This document shows, piece after piece, positions 37,621 to 51,628 of a stretch of 64,000 nt of DNA. Position 1 is the stretch's first letter; each line of letters opens with the position of its first letter. The notes under the pieces are model-generated. The model saw only the letters and a list, made by a program, of their open reading frames with translations. It made no database searches and was not told the DNA's origin. The position numbers were made by a program, and so were the translations under genes. The stretch lies in assembly GCA_963715985.1 (NCBI GenBank), contig CAVQSP010000013.1, forward strand, positions 576,001-640,000, in the 5' to 3' direction. This DNA is from an uncultured Thermoleophilia bacterium. Its GTDB lineage: Bacteria > Actinomycetota > Thermoleophilia > UBA2241.

Positions 37621-39786
37621 GCACCCTGCTGGTCGAGATCGGCTGCGAAGAGCTGCCGTACAAGGTGTGCGAGTCGCTGGTGCGCCAGCTCCAGGGCGAC
37701 GGCGAGGCGCCCGGCCTGGTGCGCCGGCTGCTGGACGAGGAGCGCCTCAGCGAGGCCGGCGCCCCGGCGCCGCGGGTGCTCGTGTCGCCACGCCGCGTCG
37801 CCGTGCTCGTGGAGGACGTGCCCGAGCTCCAGATAGCCCGCACCGACGACTTTCGCGGGCCCAAGGCGGAGGTGGCCTACGACGCCGCCGGCGAGCTGAC
37901 CAAGGCCGGGCTGGGGTTCGCGCGCTCGCGCGGCGCCCAGCCCGAAGACGTGCGCCGCGAGGTGGTGGACGGCACCGAGTTCGCCGTGGTGCGCGTGGAG
38001 GCGCCCCGCGCCGCCGCCACCGACGTGCTGCCGGGCCTGCTCGCCAGGCTCGTCACCGGCCTGCAGATCCCCCGCGGCATGCGCTGGGGGCGCCGGCCCG
38101 CCGGCGAGGACGAGTACCTGCGCTTCTCGCGGCCCATCCGCTGGTTCGTGGTCATGCTCGGCGACCAGACCATCGAAGGCTCGTTCTACGGGCTCCCCGT
38201 GGGCGACGTCACGCAGGGGCACCGCGTCCTCGGCGCGCCCATCATCATCGACACCGCCGGTCACTACGAGCGCCACCTGGCCGAGCAGAAGGTCATCGTC
38301 TCGCAGCACGAGCGGCGGCGGCTCATCGTCGAGGGTCTCGACGCGCACGCCGCCGCGCTGGGCGGCGAGTGGTCCGACCCCGGCGACGTGCTCGCCGAGA
38401 TCGTCTATCTGTCTGAGTGGCCCAGCGTGGCCGGCGGCGCGCATCGACGAGCGACACCTGCGCCTGCCCGACACCGTCCTCATCACCGCGATGCAGAGCC
38501 ACCAGCGGTACCTGCCGGTGCGAGACGCCGAGGGGCGTCTGCTGCCGGCCTTCCTCTACGTGAGCAACGGCGACCCGGCGGCCGAGGAGCTCGTCACGCA
38601 CGGCAACGAGCGCGTGCTTGGCGGCCGCCTGGACGACGCCGAGTTCGCGTACGACCGCGACGTGGCGGAAGGCCTGGACACCATGGCCGACAGGCTCGGT
38701 GCCGTGGCGTTCCACGAGAAGCTCGGATCGCTGGCGGACAAGGCCGCGCGCCTGCAGGGGCTGGTGGCCGGGCTGGCCGCGGCGCCGGGCGTCAAGGGCG
38801 ACGGCGGCAACGGCTCCGAGGCGCCGCTGGCGGAGACGCTCCGTGCTGCCGCGCGCCTGGCCAAGGCCGACCTCGTCAGCCAGGTCGTGATCGAGTTCCC
38901 GGTGCTGCAGGGCGAGATGGGCGGTATCTACGCACGCTCCGGCGGCCTCGGCGAAGCCGTGGCCGCCGCCGTCGGCGAGCACTACCGGCCGCTCTCGGCC
39001 ACGGCGCCGCTGCCGGGCACGCTGGCCGGGGCCCTGCTGGCCGTGGCCGACAAGGTGGACAACATCGTGGGCGCCTGGGTGGCCGGAGAGAAGCCGTCCG
39101 GCTCGCGCGACCCGTACGGCCTGCGCCGCGCCGCCATGGGCATCGTGCGCGTCGCCCTGGAGTACGGCCTGCGCTTCTCGCTGACCGGCGTGCTGCAGTC
39201 GGCCGTGGACCAGTTCGAGCTGCAGGGGGTGGAAGGGCTCGACGACGAGCGCCGCGCCACCATCGTGGCCGGGACCGCCGCCTTCGTGCGCGAGCGTCTG
39301 CAGGTGCTGCTGCTCGATGAAGGCCAGCCTTTCCCCAGCGTCGAGGCGGCACTGGCGGCGCCGGCCGGCGACCTGCCGGCTCTGGCCGCGCGGGCGCGCG
39401 CCTTCGCGGCGATGGCCGGGCGCGACTTCTTCGAGGACGCCGTGACCGCGTACAACCGCTGCGCGGCGCTGGCCGCCAAGGACGCAGAGGCCGGGTCGCG
39501 GAACGTGGACCCGGCCCTGTTCAGCTACGATGCCGAACGCGGGCTGGCCGCGGCCGTGGAGGCCGCGCGCGGCCCGCTGCTCGAGGCGCTCTCCCACCTG
39601 GAGCTCGAGAGCGCCGTCAAAGAGGCGGCCGGCCTGCGGCCGGCCGTGGACCGCTACTTCGAGGACGTGCTGGTGATGGACCCCGACGAGGCCGTGCGGG
39701 CCAACCGCCTGGCGCAGCTCGCCGCCGTCACCGCCCTCATCGGCCGCATCGGCGAGTTCAGCCGCCTGCCGCTGGCCCAGACGTGA
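37617..39786 (+). CDS. glyS: Glycine--tRNA ligase beta subunit (frameshift ~38440)
   Basis: TTG start; [26 protein letters not shown], then [36 protein letters not shown]. Confidence 0.95.
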
Positions 39787-39853
39787 GCACGCAGCCACTC
39801 AGAAACAGACGCGCGCCCGTCGCGCGGTGACGGATCGCATCTCGGGAGGATCC

Positions 39854-42577
<2,724 letters not shown>

Positions 42578-42591
42578 AGGGGCGGCGCCGC

Positions 42592-43149
42592 GTGGCGAAG
42601 CTGGGCGGCGATGTCACCAGCGTGCTCCGGGACGGGCGCGCGCTGTGCGTGCGCGACGCGCGCCCGCGCGACGCGCGCCCGCTCGCGTCCCTGCTCGACG
42701 CCGTGGCCGCCGAGCCCCAGCCGGCGCTGCTCATGCTGCCCGGGCAGTTCGGCGCCGGCGTGTGGCGCAAGCGCATCACGGAGGCGCTCACCGACCCCGG
42801 CTGCCTGCAGCTCTCCGCCTGTGTGGGCGACGAGCTCGCCGGCAACCTCGGCTTGCGGCCCGACGGGCACCCCTGCTCGGGCCACGTCGCCATGCTGGGG
42901 ATGTCCGTGGCCGCCGCCTTCCGCGGGGTCGGGGTCGGCGGCGCCTTGCTCGAGACCGCGGCCACCTGGGCGGCCGCGCGCGGCGTGGTGAAGCTCACCC
43001 TCGGCGTGTTCCCCCAGAACGGGCGCGCCGTGGCGTTCTACGAGCGTCACGGCTTCGTGCGCGAGGGCTTGCGGCGTGCGCAGTACGTCCGCGCCGGGAA
43101 GTATCATGACGAGGTCCTCATGACGCGCTTCCTCACACCCGTCCCCTGA
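42592..43149 (+). CDS. GNAT family N-acetyltransferase
   Basis: LGMSVAAAFRGVGVGGALL, KLTLGVFPQNGRAVAFYERHGFVREG. Confidence 0.88.
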   Translation: MAKLGGDVTSVLRDGRALCVRDARPRDARPLASLLDAVAAEPQPALLMLPGQFGAGVWRKRITEALTDPGCLQLSACVGDELAGNLGLRPDGHPCSGHVAMLGMSVAAAFRGVGVGGALLETAATWAAARGVVKLTLGVFPQNGRAVAFYERHGFVREGLRRAQYVRAGKYHDEVLMTRFLTPVP

Positions 43150-43153
43150 CCCC

Positions 43154-43681
43154 GTGGACCGCGGCCGTACTCTTCGCACCGTGGTCACGGTGGCGGCGAT
43201 CGTGCTCGCCGTGCTGCCGGCCGCCGTCGCGTTCGGCTTCGGCTGGCTGACGTTCGGTCACCCGTCCGTGCCCGCGGGCGGCACCGTGCCGCGCGACGCC
43301 ACGCCGCCGGAGGCGTGGGCGCTGTTCGCGCTCTTCTACGTCGCCTGGATGTTCGGGCTCATGGTGCTCCTCATCTGGACCTTCGACCGCCTGGGGCACC
43401 ACTGGCGCAGCTGGGACAGGGCGCCGCGCAAGGAGAAGAAGCGGCGCCTGCGGCTCACCGCCGGCCTGGGCTTCCTGGCCGGCCAGGAGAAGGCCCGCAC
43501 GCAAGCCGCTACGGACGCGGCGCGCAGACGGGCGACCGCGGACGCCGCGCGCAAGCGTGCGGCGTCCGAAGCGGCGCGCGACACGGCGCGGGCACGGGCC
43601 GCCGGCAGCGCCTCCGGTGCGCGCCCGCGGGGCGGCCCCGGCGGCGCCTCGCCGGGCTCCGGCCGCGGGGGAGGCGCCTGA
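43154..43681 (+). CDS. Hypothetical membrane protein (two TM segments, basic tail)
   Basis: Two hydrophobic stretches; fills the gap between the GNAT gene and dnaG with 4-bp and 1-bp spacing. Confidence 0.6.
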   Translation: MDRGRTLRTVVTVAAIVLAVLPAAVAFGFGWLTFGHPSVPAGGTVPRDATPPEAWALFALFYVAWMFGLMVLLIWTFDRLGHHWRSWDRAPRKEKKRRLRLTAGLGFLAGQEKARTQAATDAARRRATADAARKRAASEAARDTARARAAGSASGARPRGGPGGASPGSGRGGGA

Positions 43682-43682
43682 C

Positions 43683-45519
43683 GTGCCGCTCATCTCCCGC
43701 GCCAGCATCGACCAGGTCCAGGCGGCCGCCGACATGCTCGAGATCGTCGGCCAGTACACGCAGCTCAAGAAGGCCGGGGCCAACTACAGCGGCCGCTGCC
43801 CGTTCCACGAGGAGAAGACGCCGTCGTTCTCCGTGAACCCTGCGGAGAAGCTCTACTACTGCTTCGGCTGCGGCGCCGGCGGCAACCTCTTCGGCTTCGT
43901 GGAGGCCAAGGAGAACCTCGACTTCGCCGGCGCCGTGGAGTACCTGGCGGACCGCTACGGCATCCAGCTCGAGTACGAGGAGACCAGCCCGCGCGGCGAC
44001 GCTGAGCGCCGCCGCCGCGACCGCCTGCGCTCCCTGCTCGAGCAGGCCACCGCAGTACTACGAGCGCGTGCTTCGCGAGGGCAAGGCGGCCGCGCCGGCC
44101 CGCGAGTACCTGCTCCAGCGCGGCCTCGGGGACGAGGTCTGCGCCGCCTACCGCGTCGGCTTCAGCCTGCCCGGCTGGGAGAAGCTGCGCGAGGCCGCCG
44201 CCGGCAAGAAGTTCAGCGACCAGGAGCTGCTCGACGCCGGCCTCGTGGTGCCCGGCCAGCGCGGCCGCCCGTACGACCGCTTCCGCGGCCGCATCATGTT
44301 CCCGCTGGCCGACGACCGTGGCCGCACCCTGGGCTTCGGGGCCCGCACCATGGGCGACGAGAAGCCCAAGTACCTCAACTCGCCGGAGACGCCGCTGTAC
44401 CACAAGAGCGAAGCCCTCTTCGGCCTCCACGCCGCCAAAGCGGCCGCGGCCCGCGAGGACCGCATCTACGTGGTGGAGGGCTACACCGACGTCCTCGCCC
44501 TCGCGCAGGCGGGCGTGCAGAACGTGGTGGCCAGCATGGGTACGGCGCTCACCGAGCAGCAGCTCTCGCGCCTCTCGCGGGTCACGCGCAACCTGTACCT
44601 GTGCTTCGACGCGGACGCCGCGGGCATCGGCGCCATGAGCCGCGCCCTCACCCTGGGGCGCAGGATGGAGCTCAGCCTGCACGTGGTGCGCGTCCCGGAC
44701 GGGCTGGACCCGGCCGACTACGTGCTCTCGGGGGCGGGAGGCGACGGGTTCCGCGCGCTTGCCGACGAGGCACAGACGCTGTTACAATTCCACGTCCGTT
44801 TGGCGCTGACGTCTCATGACCTCGACAAGCCCGGCGAAAGGGCACGCGCAGTGGCGCGACTCAAGGAGGTCCTCTCCGAGACGGCGACGCCGATCGAGCG
44901 CGACGAGGAGCTGCGGTACATCGCCGATGCGCTGCGGCTCTCTCCGGAGAGTGTCGGCTACCTGCTCGCGGGCGGCGGGCGCTCCGCAGGCGGCGGAGCC
45001 GCCGACGACGACCGCCGCCGGCCGCCACAGGGCGGCGGCGCCGCGGCCGCCATCGGAGGTGCCTACGAGCTCGAGGTCCGTTTTCTGGCTGGTTGCCTCG
45101 CGTGCCCGGACAAGGGCCGTGATGTGCTGGCCGGGGTCGACGAAGGGTTCTTCGCCACGGCCGGCACGCGCGCGGCGTTACGCTCTATAAAGACGCGGTT
45201 GGCCGTCGGCGACGCAGGGAACAAGAATCAGGCGCCGGACGACGGGGCAGGAGTCGACGAAGGTGGTGAAGTCCTCGCAGAGGTCATCGTGCGAGCTGCC
45301 GGAGACCGCTTCACCGCCACCGTGGTGGACGAGCTCTTCCTGCGTCTACAGGACGCGCAGGTGGGCAGGCTGATTGGGCGGCTCAAGGCCGCGATGCATG
45401 GTGACGAGACCAGTACTACTACACAGGCCCGTGAGCTCGCGCAGCTGGAAGGTGTGAGACGCCGGTTGCGGGAGGCCCTCCGGGCCATCCCCGTGGACGA
45501 AGAGCCCCAGGAAGGGTAG
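43683..45519 (+). CDS. dnaG: DNA primase (frameshift ~44055)
   Basis: [11 protein letters not shown]...YCFGC zinc finger, [36 protein letters not shown]. Confidence 0.96.
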
Positions 45520-45529
45520 GACGAGCGTT

Positions 45530-46651
45530 TTGACCGAATTCGCAGAAGATCGCACCAAGGCCGCCGAACCGGCGGAGCTGTCCATCGACGAGGTCCGTCT
45601 GCTCCTGGACGAGGGCCTCGCGCAGGGCTATCTGGCGAGCGATCACATCGCAGACGCTCTGCAGGACGTCGAGCTCACTCCCGACCAGATCGACGGCATC
45701 TACAACCTGTTCGCCGACAACGGCATCGACATCATCGAGGGCGACGTGGTGGCGGGCGAAGAGGGCCCCGAGGCCAAGCCCGAAGAAGAGGTCATCCCCA
45801 AGCTCGACCTCTCGGTCAAGACGCCCACCAACGACCCGGTGCGCATGTACCTCAAGGAGATCGGCAAGGTCCCGCTGCTCACCGCCGAGGAAGAAGTCTC
45901 CCTGGCCAAGCGCATCGAGCGCCGCGACATGGAGGCCAAGCGCAAGCTCATCGAGGCCAACCTGCGCCTCGTGGTGTCCATCGCCAAGCGCTACGTGGGC
46001 CGCGGCATGCTGTTCCTGGACCTCATCCAGGAGGGCAACCTCGGCCTCATCCGCGCCGTGGAGAAGTTCGACTACCGCAAGGGCTACAAGTTCAGCACCT
46101 ACGCCACGTGGTGGATCCGCCAGGCCATCACCAGGGCCATCGCCGACCAGGCGCGCACCATCCGCATCCCCGTGCACATGGTCGAGACCATCAACAAGCT
46201 CATCCGCGTCCAGCGCCAGCTGCTGCAGGACATCGGCCGCGAGCCCACGCCTGAGGAGATCGCTCACGAGATGGGCACCACGCCGCAGAAGGTCCGCGAG
46301 ATCCTCAAGATCAGCCAGGAGCCGGTGAGCCTGGAGACGCCGATCGGCGAGGAAGAGGACTCGCAGCTCGGCGACTTCATCGAGGACGAAGACGCCACCA
46401 TGCCGGTCGAGGCCGTGAGCGAGATCATGCAGAAGGAAGAGCTCAACATGGTCCTCGGCACGCTCACCCACCGCGAGCGCAAGGTCATCGAGCTGCGCTT
46501 CGGACTCAAGGGTGAGCACCCGCGCACGCTGGAAGAGGTGGGGCAGAAGTTCGGCGTCACACGCGAGCGCATCCGCCAGATAGAGGCCAAGACCCTGGCC
46601 AAGCTCAAGGCGTATCGCGACTCGCAGCGTCTGCGCGACTTTCTCGACTAG
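45530..46651 (+). CDS. rpoD: Primary RNA polymerase sigma factor
   Basis: [66 protein letters not shown]. Confidence 0.98.
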   Translation: MTEFAEDRTKAAEPAELSIDEVRLLLDEGLAQGYLASDHIADALQDVELTPDQIDGIYNLFADNGIDIIEGDVVAGEEGPEAKPEEEVIPKLDLSVKTPTNDPVRMYLKEIGKVPLLTAEEEVSLAKRIERRDMEAKRKLIEANLRLVVSIAKRYVGRGMLFLDLIQEGNLGLIRAVEKFDYRKGYKFSTYATWWIRQAITRAIADQARTIRIPVHMVETINKLIRVQRQLLQDIGREPTPEEIAHEMGTTPQKVREILKISQEPVSLETPIGEEEDSQLGDFIEDEDATMPVEAVSEIMQKEELNMVLGTLTHRERKVIELRFGLKGEHPRTLEEVGQKFGVTRERIRQIEAKTLAKLKAYRDSQRLRDFLD

Positions 46652-46731
46652 CCGGCATGACTCCGCCCACGAGGGGGGCGCGGCAGGCGCACCCCACTGA
46701 CGCCGCCGGCCAGTTGCCGTGCCCGCCTCGT

Positions 46732-46760
46732 TTGTCGCACCGTTCGCGGTGGCCTATAAT
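46732..46760 (+). promoter_or_regulatory. Primary-sigma promoter of tRNA-Asn
   Basis: TTGTCG-17 bp-TATAAT, 15 bp upstream of the tRNA. Confidence 0.8.
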
Positions 46761-46775
46761 TCTCGTCCAGAGCGG

Positions 46776-46851
<76 letters not shown>

Positions 46852-46860
46852 GTCTTCAGC

Positions 46861-46892
46861 GGGGCGCCGCGGCCTTCGGGCCGCGGCGCCCC
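46861..46892 (+). terminator. Hairpin with cUUCGg tetraloop after the tRNA
   Basis: ggggcgccgcggcc-ttcg-ggccgcggcgcccc. Confidence 0.75.
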
Positions 46893-47007
46893 TGCCGCGT
46901 ACGGAGCCGGGCACCCCTCGGTACGGTTCTACTTTCGCCAGTCGGGTACACACGGTGAAACGTACGTCTGTGGCCGCGGCAGCGCGGTCGTCAAGTGAGG
47001 AGGGACC

Positions 47008-47518
47008 ATGGCGGATCCGATCGAAGAGGCCAGAAGCGAGGCTGAGGCCGACGCGGCTGCTGCGGGCGACCGGTTCAACCGGCTCGTCGAGTCGCTCGGC
47101 GGCACCGCCTCGGCGAGCGCCGTGTTCGGCGACTCCGGTCGAGAAGGACGGCGTCACCGTAGTTCCCGTAGCACGCGTGCGCTACGGCGTCGGCGGTGGT
47201 GGAGGCCGCGGCGCCGGGCGCAAGAAGAAGCGCGACGGCGGCGACGCCGCCCAAGAAGTCGGGTACGGTCACGGCGGCGGGGTGCAGGCCGCCCCCGTCG
47301 GCTACATCGAAATCAGCGGTGGCAAGGCCGAGTACAAGCGGATCGTCGATCCGGTGCGCCCGATGGCGGTGCTCATGCTGTTCCCGCTCGTCGGCGTGGT
47401 CTGCTTCGCCCTGATGGCGGTCATCAGCCTGCAGACCGCCAAGTCGGCGCGCAAGATGTTGCCTGCGATGCCGCACCTGCCCCACCTGCCGCTGCCGTCG
47501 TTCCGCTGGAACGACTAG
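47008..47518 (+). CDS. YtfJ/GerW-like protein (frameshift ~47133)
   Basis: ASAVFG / PVEKDGVTVVPVARVRYGVGGGGG...GGGVQAAPVGYIEI; C-terminal TM helix; RBS gaggagg. Confidence 0.75.
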
Positions 47519-47562
47519 CGGCCGCAGGCACACCGCTCACGAGCGCCAGGGCTCACCTGACG

Positions 47563-47657
47563 GCGAGAGGGCGGGGCCGCTCCCTTTCGGCCCCGCCCTC
47601 TCGCGGCCCTTGTGGTGGGGGCGCCGGCCGCGCGGTGCGGCCGCCGGCGCTCCCACC
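47563..47657. terminator. Two adjacent hairpins between the convergent ytfJ-like and amtB genes
   Basis: gcgagagggcggggccg/cggccccgccctctcgc (47563-47604) and ggtgggggcgccggc/gccggcgctcccacc (~47614-47657). Confidence 0.65.
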
Positions 47658-47663
47658 TTCAGC

Positions 47664-48905
47664 TCAGGTCAGGTTGTAGGCCGTCTCCCCGAACTCCGAC
47701 TCGTCCAGGCCCGTGAGCTCGACGCTGTCCGGCACGCGCACCGAGCCGAACAGGTTGATCACCTTGAGGATCGCCCACGTGGCCACGAACGCGTACGCTG
47801 CGATCACCACGGCCGTGATGATCTGCCACGTGAAATGGTGCGTCTGACCGGTGATGAGGCCCTCGCGGCCGACGGCGATGGCGGGGTTCACCGAGCGCAG
47901 GGCGAAGACGCCGACCAGGATGATGCCCAGCGTGCCTCCGACGCCGTGGGCGGCCCACACGTCGAGGGCGTCGTCCCACTTCATCTTCTCCTTGAAGATC
48001 ACGGCGAAGAAGCAGATCGAACCGGCCAACAGGCCTACGATGAACGACGCCCACGTGGGCACGTAGCCGGCGCAGGGCGTGATGCAGGCCAGCCCCGCCA
48101 CGGCGCCGGTCAGCGCGCCCACGAGGCTCGGCTTGCCGTCCTTCCACCACGTGATGGCGAGCCACGTGCACATCGCGATAGAGCCGGCGATGTCGGTATT
48201 GATGAAGGCCTGCGCCGCGATGCCGTTGGCGGCCAGCGCCGAGCCGGCGTTGAAGCCGAACCACCCGAACCACAGCAGGCCGGTGCCCAGCGCGACGAAC
48301 GCCACGTTGTGGGCGACTCCGCGCTCGCCCTTGCCGAAGTGGCGCCGTCCGACGACGTACACCGAGGCCAGAGCGGCGAAGCCGGCGCTCATGTGGACCA
48401 CGGCGCCGCCGGCGAAGTCCAGCACGCCCTGCTGGTACAACCAGCCGCCGCCCCACACCCAGTGCACGAAGGGGATGTAGACGATGACGCTCCACAGCAC
48501 CAGGAACCACAGGTAGCTCTTGAACTTGACGCGGTCGGCGAACGCGCCGGTGATGAGCGCCGGGGTGAGGATGGCGAACATCTCCTGGTAGACGAAGTGC
48601 GCCTCGGCCGGGATGTTGGGGGCCCAGGGCCCGGGCAGCTGTCCGACGCCGGTGAGCGCCGCCCAGCTGAAGTTGCCGAAGATCCCCCAGATGTCTCCCG
48701 AGAAGGCGATCGAGTAGCCGAAGAACACCCAGATCGTGGTCACGACGCCCATCGAGATGAACGACTGCATCATGATCGCGAGGAAGTTCTTGCGGCGGAC
48801 CAGCCCCCCGTAGAAGAAGGCCAGTGCGGGTGTCATCAGCGCCACCAGCGCGGCACAGATGAGGACGAACGCGGTGTCGCCCGCGTTCACGGTGAGTCCG
48901 CCCAT
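47664..48905 (-). CDS. amtB: Ammonium transporter
   Basis: GDTAF..LMTP.LAFFYGG, YQEMFAILTPALITGA, DFAGG.VVH, LWFGWFGFNAGS, DDALDVWAAHG. Confidence 0.97.
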   Translation of the reverse strand: MGGLTVNAGDTAFVLICAALVALMTPALAFFYGGLVRRKNFLAIMMQSFISMGVVTTIWVFFGYSIAFSGDIWGIFGNFSWAALTGVGQLPGPWAPNIPAEAHFVYQEMFAILTPALITGAFADRVKFKSYLWFLVLWSVIVYIPFVHWVWGGGWLYQQGVLDFAGGAVVHMSAGFAALASVYVVGRRHFGKGERGVAHNVAFVALGTGLLWFGWFGFNAGSALAANGIAAQAFINTDIAGSIAMCTWLAITWWKDGKPSLVGALTGAVAGLACITPCAGYVPTWASFIVGLLAGSICFFAVIFKEKMKWDDALDVWAAHGVGGTLGIILVGVFALRSVNPAIAVGREGLITGQTHHFTWQIITAVVIAAYAFVATWAILKVINLFGSVRVPDSVELTGLDESEFGETAYNLT

Positions 48906-49096
48906 GCGGGACCCCGTTATGTATCGTGCCTGGGACCCGGGAGGGAACCCTCAAGGGAGTGCGTCGGCGAACCTCACCCGCGTGCCAGACTCTGGCCGGG
49001 CGTCGATGGGGATACCCTCCAGCCACCTAGCCCGAATGGCGCGATTCTCACGCCTTGTGAACGCGAGTGCAATGTGCCCGGATGGCCCGGAACGGG

Positions 49097-49129
49097 ACGG
49101 GCGGCGGGCCAGAATGGCCCGCCGCCCGT
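49097..49129 (-). terminator. 15-bp hairpin downstream of the gctB-like gene
   Basis: acgggcggcgggcca-gaa-tggcccgccgcccgt. Confidence 0.65.
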
Positions 49130-49168
49130 GAGATCGTCGATGCCGGCGAGGGCCGGTGCTCCCCAGCC

Positions 49169-49994
49169 TCAGCCCAGGATCAGCCGCTGCGGGTCGACGT
49201 CGTCGCGCAGGATGCGGAGCTCCTCGGCCGTCGGCGGCACCGCCACCGTGGCCCGCGAGAGGTCAAGCGGGAAGCCGGTGTTCTCCTGCACGCGCTCGGG
49301 CGCGACGCCCGGGTAGCGCTCGGCGAGGTACATCTCGTGCGTGTCGTCGTCGAAGCGCAGCACGCAGAGGTTGGTGACCACGGCTATCGGTCCGCCGCGG
49401 CGGTAGCCGGCACGGCGGCGCGAATCGCCGCCCTCGAGCCAGCCGGGCGTGGTGAGGTAGTCCAGCTTCTCCACGAACTTCTTGACGCCGTGCTGCATGA
49501 AGATGATGTACCCGCTGGCCAGCGAGCCGGCGTCGCAGGCGCCGCCGCTGCCGCTGAAGCGCACCGTGGGCGTCCGGTAGTCGCCGATGACCGTGGAGTT
49601 CATGTTGCCGTACTTGTCGACCTGCGCGGCGCCGAGGAAGGCGATGGTGTGCAGGCGCCGGTTGGCGACGTAGCTGAAGGCCTCGACGAGGCCGGCGTTG
49701 AGGTTGCTGAAGGCCATGACGCGCGGATCGGCCACGGCCATGGGCAACTCGTCCAGCGGCGGGCCGATGCCGCCGGTCTCGAAGAAGATGTGCGCCTGCG
49801 GGGCGTGGATGCGCTTGGCCACCGCGGCCGCGAGCATGGCCACGCCGGTGCCGGCGAAGAGCACGTCGCCGTCCTTGATGAAGCGGCCGGCGGCGATGGC
49901 CATCATCTCGCGGGGGGTGTAGACGGGCGGCCTCGGCGGCCTCGGCGGCTGCGGCGGCCTCGGCGGCTGCGGCGGTCTCGTTGTTCTCCGGCAT
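49169..49994 (-). CDS. gctB: Family I CoA-transferase beta subunit, glutaconate CoA-transferase-like (indel ~49922)
   Basis: YTPREMMAIAAGR..KDG, FAGTG, FFETG (catalytic Glu), FLGAAQVDKYGNMNST, GSGGACD, FVEKLDYLTTPG. Confidence 0.88.
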
Positions 49995-49999
49995 CGCGC

Positions 50000-50977
50000 T
50001 CACCTCCGGTCCAGGCCCGGCGCGTAGCCGGCCACCGTGTTGGCGCGGATGCGGGCCAGCTGTGCGCCGCCCACCTTGTCCAGATACGCGTCCCAGCTCT
50101 CGACGCCGTACACCCACTCCTCGAGCTAGGCGGCCCAGGACTCATCGTCCTTGGCCACGACCTTGTAGTGGTTCAGGTGCGCGGGGTCGTAGTCGTAGAA
50201 GTAGCGGCAGGCGGTGGGGTGGGCGCCGTAGGGCACCGGCACCACCGCGTCGACGAGGAAGGGCGGCAGCGCGTTCTGGTCGGGGTCGAGGCGCAGGTAG
50301 TGCTCGGGGACGATCTCCTCGCAGGTGACGATGACGGCCCCGGCGGCCTTGCACTGCTCGAGGTCCGCGAAGGTGAGGCCCTTGATGCGCACGGTGCCGT
50401 CGGTGCTCACCTGCTGCGCGTGGATGATGGAGACGTCCGGCGTGAGCGCCGGCAGGAGCACCACCTCGTCGTCCTTGGCGCCGAAGGGGTCGTCGATGAC
50501 GATCACCTTCTCGCACGGGATGCCGTCCTCGCAGCGCAGCTCGGGCGGGAAGCCCGACTTCTCCACCACGTCGGTGCCGAGCCCCGACTTGCTGGGGATG
50601 AACGGCACGTTGAGGGCGCCGGCCAGGAAGCGCAGGCTCATCATGTTGTTGGTGTAGTCCTCCACCAGCACCTCGCCGCGCTCGACGGCCTTGCGGAAGC
50701 GGATGCAGGTGGGGGCGAAGCGGCCGTTGCCGCCGTAGGCGATGTCGAGGCGGCGCACGCAGCCGGCGCCGATCAGCACGTCGAGCGCCTGGCCGTTGGA
50801 GTGGGCCACCAGGTGCAGGTCCTTGACGCGGCGGCGGGCGATCTCGTACACGGCCGCCATCGGGTTGCGGTTGATGGTGAAGCCGCCCACGGCGATCTGG
50901 CAGCCGTCGGGCACGAAGCGCCCCACGGCTTCGCCGATGCTCATGAGCTTGCCGTCCAGGCCGTTGTGCTCAGCCAT
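50000..50977 (-). CDS. gctA: Family I CoA-transferase alpha subunit, glutaconate CoA-transferase-like; in-frame TAG at 50126-50128
   Basis: GGFTINRNPMA, RFLAGALNVPFIP, DVSIIHAQ, VTCEEIV, PYGAHPTAC..YDYD; the same frame continues past TAG as LEEWVYGV...YLDKVG...GY to TGA at 50000. Confidence 0.88.
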
Positions 50978-51250
50978 GCTCTGTCCCCTTCGTCGTGTGC
51001 GGGCGAGCGCCGGAGGCCGAGGGGGTGCCTTAACGCGAAAGCCCCCAGCAGGCGTCGCCACCTGAGCTGGGGGACAGGGCCTGACGGAGAGGCCGGCGGG
51101 AACGCCGCCGGCCCGGACCCTGTGGCAGCGCATCCATGATACACGGGGGCGGCGGCGGTGCAACGTGTGGGCGGCGCGCCCGCTTGGCGGGCGCGCCGCC
51201 CGGGTACGCTGTCGCACACACCGCTCGCGCCGGAGCGAGGAGGCGGTCGA

Positions 51251-51628
51251 ATGAGCGAGGCGGATGCAGAAGCGGTGCTCGACGGTCACACGCCTGAGGT
51301 CTACGGCCTCGCGCAGTGGCTGCGGCGGGCCGTGAAGTCGGCGGACCGCGACCTGAGCGAGCGCGTCTACAAGGGCCGGCACGGCTTCGGCTACCACCAC
51401 CCGGACGCCGGCTACGTGTGCGCCGTCTTTCCACGCGAGGACGACGTGCTGCTGGCCTTCGAACACGGCGCCGACCTCGCCGATCCCGAGGGGCGCCTGA
51501 CCGCGGGCGGCAAGCAGGTGCGCTCCCTCGTCTTCACGGAGCGCAGCTCGCACCCGTTCGCGGTCATCCGCGGCTTCGTGAGGGCGGCCGTGGAGGACGG
51601 CGTGAGGCGCCGTCAGTCCGGCCGCTGA
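51251..51628 (+). CDS. DUF1801 (YdhG-like) protein
   Basis: ERVYKG..GFGYHHPDAGYVCAVFP...LAFEHGADLADPEGRL..GGKQVR; RBS ggaggagg. Confidence 0.78.
   Translation: MSEADAEAVLDGHTPEVYGLAQWLRRAVKSADRDLSERVYKGRHGFGYHHPDAGYVCAVFPREDDVLLAFEHGADLADPEGRLTAGGKQVRSLVFTERSSHPFAVIRGFVRAAVEDGVRRRQSGR

Noticed and set aside
49927-49980. Ala/Glu microrepeat at the gctB N-terminus
   Set aside because: Short low-complexity extension with no evident function.
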